Part shown: one piece after another, positions 60,864-64,000 of the stretch | Layout of the letters: each line of letters opens with the position of its first letter | Numbering within the stretch: the stretch's first letter is position 1 | Origin: Giardia intestinalis | Lineage: Eukaryota | Length of the DNA: 64,000 nt | Assembly: GCA_000002435.2 (NCBI GenBank) | Contig: CM018792.1 | Direction: 5' to 3' (one strand) | Position numbers and translations under genes: made by a program | The notes under the pieces: generated by a model | What the model was told of the DNA's origin: nothing | Database searches by the model: none | The model's input: the letters and a program-made list of their open reading frames with translations, nothing else

Positions 60864-61610
60864 CTACTCTACTTGTAGTTCAAGAATCCAAAAGGGATCT
60901 TCGTCCTCGCTGTCTCCGTTGAGAGCAAACCCCAGTTTAGTATATGCTATATACCCCGCTTCGTTGCGTTTAGAACAAGTCAAGCAGAGGGAAAACTTCT
61001 CGGGAGACATGACATTCTTCCCTAAGTCTATCAGACTCCATATGAGCATCTGCCCCAGTCCCTTTCGTTGATAACGAGCATCAATTTGGAGTTCCCAGAT
61101 GTAGAGCTGCCTTTTGCCGTTCTCTAATATCGGTCTAAACGCAAGAAATCCCAGCACACGATCTGATGGTGTGGTGTTGTCGTCCTCTGCAGACAAACGA
61201 GATGCAAGTAAAATATAACTGTGCCGGTGGATGATATTGTCTTTTGCCGTCTCTTCAGTATATATGTCATAGTGGCGGTCTTGCATATTCATACAAGAAA
61301 TCTTTATAAGCGTGTTCAGAAGCGCAATCTCGATAGCTTTAGATTCCAGAAGCTGGAGGGTCAAGGGCATAAGTGGAGGAGGCCTACTTTGGTTGATTTC
61401 AGCCAATGCATTGGCTGCCAATGCTCGTAGTTTTTGAGAGGCCTCGGGGATATATTTCATCGACTTGCACCAGCGCGATTGATCCAATAAATTAAAATGG
61501 CAGTTGCTACTGTGGATCTCCCGATGCCCCGTAGCCGCCTCTTTGGGATGAAGCGGACCACAGAGACTGCCCATCGGCCAATGAAGCGGCTGGAGTCCCA
61601 ACTTTGGCAA
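60864..61610 (-). CDS. GNAT-family N-acetyltransferase (probable start at internal Met ~61460)
   Basis: Acetyl-CoA-binding motif A 'YQRKGLGQMLIWSLIDLG' and the following 'GYIAYTKLGF' block. The first ~50 codons overlap the divergent ORF 61497-61895, so the start is ambiguous. Confidence 0.6.
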   Translation of the reverse strand: MPKLGLQPLHWPMGSLCGPLHPKEAATGHREIHSSNCHFNLLDQSRWCKSMKYIPEASQKLRALAANALAEINQSRPPPLMPLTLQLLESKAIEIALLNTLIKISCMNMQDRHYDIYTEETAKDNIIHRHSYILLASRLSAEDDNTTPSDRVLGFLAFRPILENGKRQLYIWELQIDARYQRKGLGQMLIWSLIDLGKNVMSPEKFSLCLTCSKRNEAGYIAYTKLGFALNGDSEDEDPFWILELQVE

Positions 61611-61895
61611 CCGTTAAGATTAGCTACCCCCTATGATATTATCAGGACACCATCCCTCCAACTCATTCCGCCTTCATACAGAAATAAAGCTCGCAATAGA
61701 AGCTCCGATTTACTCTTCAGTTTAAACGACATAGAATGCATTCTCACGGAGATACGCGATCAGCTAGCGAGGGAGACCGCCGTTGAGTTTGAGCGCATAT
61801 ATCATGCTCGTATTAGCGAGAATGAGGCCCGTGTTAGGGAGTATATCTCTTCCTTGCTGAATGAGCAAGGGCAGCCGGTATCCTATATTCAATAA
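61497..61895 (+). CDS. hypothetical protein (132 aa), uncertain
   Basis: The ORF's 5' part overlaps the opposite-strand GNAT ORF. A real but shorter gene is possible. Confidence 0.25.
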   Translation: MAVATVDLPMPRSRLFGMKRTTETAHRPMKRLESQLWQPLRLATPYDIIRTPSLQLIPPSYRNKARNRSSDLLFSLNDIECILTEIRDQLARETAVEFERIYHARISENEARVREYISSLLNEQGQPVSYIQ

Positions 61896-61936
61896 TGCTT
61901 ATTAACTATGTAAATTAGTTTTATCTTATAATACCG

Positions 61937-63397
61937 TTAGCTCTGCTTCAGCGCCGCGTGCCCTGTATCCGCTATGTGCTTGAATAGCTTTGTTCGGGAC
62001 TCAAACCGCTGTTTGCAGATCTTACACTGATGTGAATTCTTTGAGCCCCCTTCACAAGCTTCCCCCTTCTCAATACTTTCGTCAGGGGTACCTTCCTGGA
62101 TTGCTCTGCGCCGTTTTCTTGGCTCAGTTCTTTCCACATTCTCAGAATTGATAGTAGCCTTCGTTGGTGCATCGGTAGCTGCACTTTCCTTCTGTGCATT
62201 GCGGTGCTTCTTACTTGTTAGATGAGACTTGAACTCTCCTTCCATTTGAAAGCGCTGATTGCATACCTTACAGAATAACTTGCCGGTGGCCTTATCGAAC
62301 GCAAGACCTTGGGCAATAAATTCCTTTGACAATGATCCAGGATAGTGGTGAGATTTGTTCGGGGAACCACCATTCATGGGAGTTTCCTTACGGTCTGTAA
62401 ATTCATCTGCTATCTTATCTGAGTGTAGGGGCTGAGTAGACGCCATGCTTTCAAGCTCCAGCATTTCGTGGGCGGTAATAGTCCCGTCGTTTACCTTTTC
62501 TGTTAGGATGGATATTCGTTTGGCGATCTGCTCCTTCAGTGCTTGCTTGCTCGCTATACGTTCCCTTTGGATCTGCTGTATCTTTGCCTCACGCTTCTGT
62601 TGTGCTTCGACGCTCTGACGGCGCTGCTTTTCTTGGTAAGCCTCTACCCGCGGGTCTCTACGCTTAAGGTATGCAGCCATGTCTCTTACACGAATGGAAA
62701 ACTGGAGCCTTGCCTCTTCACGGAACTTTTTGTTTTCTCCTTCTGCCAACCGTCTATACTTTGAATTCCCTTCAGTAGAATAGTAATTCTCGTGCAGAAA
62801 TTCTTTTACAGATTGAAAGCGACTCCAAAAACTGTAGAAGGAAGAGACCATAGCCTCTGACGCGTCAGAAGGACCAAATTGCGGGTAACTTTCTTCAGAG
62901 CTACGCCGCTGTAACATGGAAAGTTCATTGTCAGCGTAACTCTTAATTTCGATTCGACGCTTAGCAGCACGGAGCTCCTCGTCTGCAAGGGTCTTGAATA
63001 GCAATGCATAGACGGTGTAAAATCCCCGAGGAGAGTCATCGAACCCGTCGTAACAGCTTGAGGAACGAAAAGACGCTAGGTTCACGAAGGTATCAACGCC
63101 ATAGAACTCGTCTGCTTCTACGCCCCCAGAGAGTATCAACTCGCGATTACGCTCATAGTACGCCCGTTCTGTAGGATCACTTAAGGTTTTCCACGCCTCC
63201 TGCAAATATTTGAAGACAATTTCTGCACGCTCAGGGTTGTCTCTATTCTTGTCTGGATGTAACCTCATAGCCGCTTTATAGTAGGCCTTCTTAGCCTCCC
63301 CGTCGCCAGGCCACGTCTCTAGACCAAGGATCTTGTAGAAATCTATTTTCTTACCAGTGTCTGGATCCACTAGAGGATCGTCCACGGACGTGGCCAT
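61937..63397 (-). CDS. DnaJ (J-domain) protein with two C-terminal C2H2 zinc fingers, DNAJC21/Jjj1-like (60S ribosome biogenesis co-chaperone)
   Basis: N-terminal J domain 'DFYKILGLE...AYYKAAMRLHPDKN' (HPD motif). Central Lys/Glu/Arg-rich coiled region. Two C2H2 fingers: 'CKVCNQRFQMEGEFKSHLTSKKH' and 'HQCKICKQRFESRTKLFKHIADTGH'. Confidence 0.8.
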   Translation of the reverse strand: MATSVDDPLVDPDTGKKIDFYKILGLETWPGDGEAKKAYYKAAMRLHPDKNRDNPERAEIVFKYLQEAWKTLSDPTERAYYERNRELILSGGVEADEFYGVDTFVNLASFRSSSCYDGFDDSPRGFYTVYALLFKTLADEELRAAKRRIEIKSYADNELSMLQRRSSEESYPQFGPSDASEAMVSSFYSFWSRFQSVKEFLHENYYSTEGNSKYRRLAEGENKKFREEARLQFSIRVRDMAAYLKRRDPRVEAYQEKQRRQSVEAQQKREAKIQQIQRERIASKQALKEQIAKRISILTEKVNDGTITAHEMLELESMASTQPLHSDKIADEFTDRKETPMNGGSPNKSHHYPGSLSKEFIAQGLAFDKATGKLFCKVCNQRFQMEGEFKSHLTSKKHRNAQKESAATDAPTKATINSENVERTEPRKRRRAIQEGTPDESIEKGEACEGGSKNSHQCKICKQRFESRTKLFKHIADTGHAALKQS

Positions 63398-63508
63398 CTT
63401 TATATTTATTTAATTCTCGAAAGCAGATTGTAGTAGTTAGACTAAGCTTACTGGTTGAATCAACTGCATAGTGCTTCTTGCGTCTATCGCTAAGGGCAAC
63501 AATATTTT

Positions 63509-63886
63509 ATGGGCGTGCATAACAAAGATATTTCAAAAATGAAGCAAGTTCTGCCCAATTGTGTTAACTATTACATGGTTATTGCACTCAAAGATAGCAC
63601 GACCATCCAGGGAGTTCTCAGAAACGTTGACGTGCAAATGAATATGGTCCTGTCAGACGTCACTATGATCGACACAGAAAGCAAGTCATCACACTATCCC
63701 ACATACAGCCTTCAGGGATCCCTTATCTCCTCAATTAGAATTCCAGACCGTGCAATCAAGGAAGCTGCCAGCATTGCTGCATCTCAGAGCATGAACTCGT
63801 CGTCTGTCACCAACTCTCAGGGATTACCAACTTCGCAAGTCTTAAGGGGACCAAAAGGTGACTATATAGATGTGATGGATCTTTGA
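63509..63886 (+). CDS. Sm-like (Sm/LSm) protein
   Basis: Sm1/Sm2 motifs: 'MVIALKDSTTIQGVLRNVDVQMNMVLSDV' (G.L..D..MN.VL.D) and 'SIRIP'. Ser-rich C-terminal extension. AT-rich initiator 'caacaatattttATG'. Confidence 0.7.
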   Translation: MGVHNKDISKMKQVLPNCVNYYMVIALKDSTTIQGVLRNVDVQMNMVLSDVTMIDTESKSSHYPTYSLQGSLISSIRIPDRAIKEAASIAASQSMNSSSVTNSQGLPTSQVLRGPKGDYIDVMDL

Positions 63887-64000
63887 GCAGCTTGTAAACC
63901 ACTGAAACCTGCGTGAGCTCTGTATTGTAAGAGAGAAGCACCAGTCTGCTTTTCCCGAATTAATGGATCTTCAGAATCTTGCTTGCCTTTGATTTTGTTT

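Noticed and set aside
1-64000. Prokaryotic-style defense, toxin-antitoxin or mobile-element systems
   Set aside because: All the evidence points to a eukaryotic protist chromosome: VSP genes with CRGKA tails, eukaryotic tRNA architecture without encoded CCA, E2F, an AP adaptin, Sm and PP2A B'' genes, and AGTRAAY poly(A) signals. There are no integrase, transposase or reverse-transcriptase ORFs, and no terminal inverted repeats.

Overview
This is a eukaryotic, protist-type chromosomal segment, most consistent with a diplomonad (Giardia-like) genome. About 50% GC outside one island, back-to-back intronless ORFs on both strands, very short AT-rich intergenic regions, and AGTRAAY-type poly(A) signals at or just after stop codons. 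It contains no prokaryotic operons, CRISPR arrays or mobile-element ORFs.

Two genes encode variant-specific surface proteins (VSPs): cysteine-rich CXXC ectodomains, a GGCY motif, a C-terminal TM helix and the invariant CRGKA tail. One of them (41185-45627, minus strand) is built from about 8 apparently identical tandem copies of a 516-bp (172-aa) unit.

Immediately upstream of that VSP lies a roughly 3.5-kb GC-rich island (about 65-80% GC, roughly 45640-49140) with no credible protein-coding capacity. It contains a canonical tRNA-Ile(GAU) gene preceded by three tandem 84-bp units, each carrying a truncated 5' half of the same tRNA. It also holds a 14-bp minisatellite of about 13 copies and a degenerate tRNA-like fragment.

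Recognisable housekeeping genes elsewhere in the window:
- PP2A B''/PR72-type EF-hand regulatory subunit
- atypical E2F with two winged-helix DNA-binding domains
- PPP-family Ser/Thr phosphatase
- RIO2 kinase
- Rit1-like initiator-tRNA phosphoribosyltransferase
- HBS1/eRF3-like translational GTPase
- AP-complex sigma adaptin
- MORN-repeat protein
- two methyltransferase-domain proteins (one METTL25-like)
- GNAT acetyltransferase
- DnaJ plus C2H2 zinc-finger (DNAJC21/Jjj1-like) protein
- Sm-like protein
- several very large proteins (1728 aa, 2054 aa) with no recognisable domains

Several gene pairs overlap by a few nucleotides (CTAG shared stops, ATGgTAA) or have overlapping divergent 5' ends, which leaves some start codons ambiguous. 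All calls are from reading the sequence and translations; no database searches were run.
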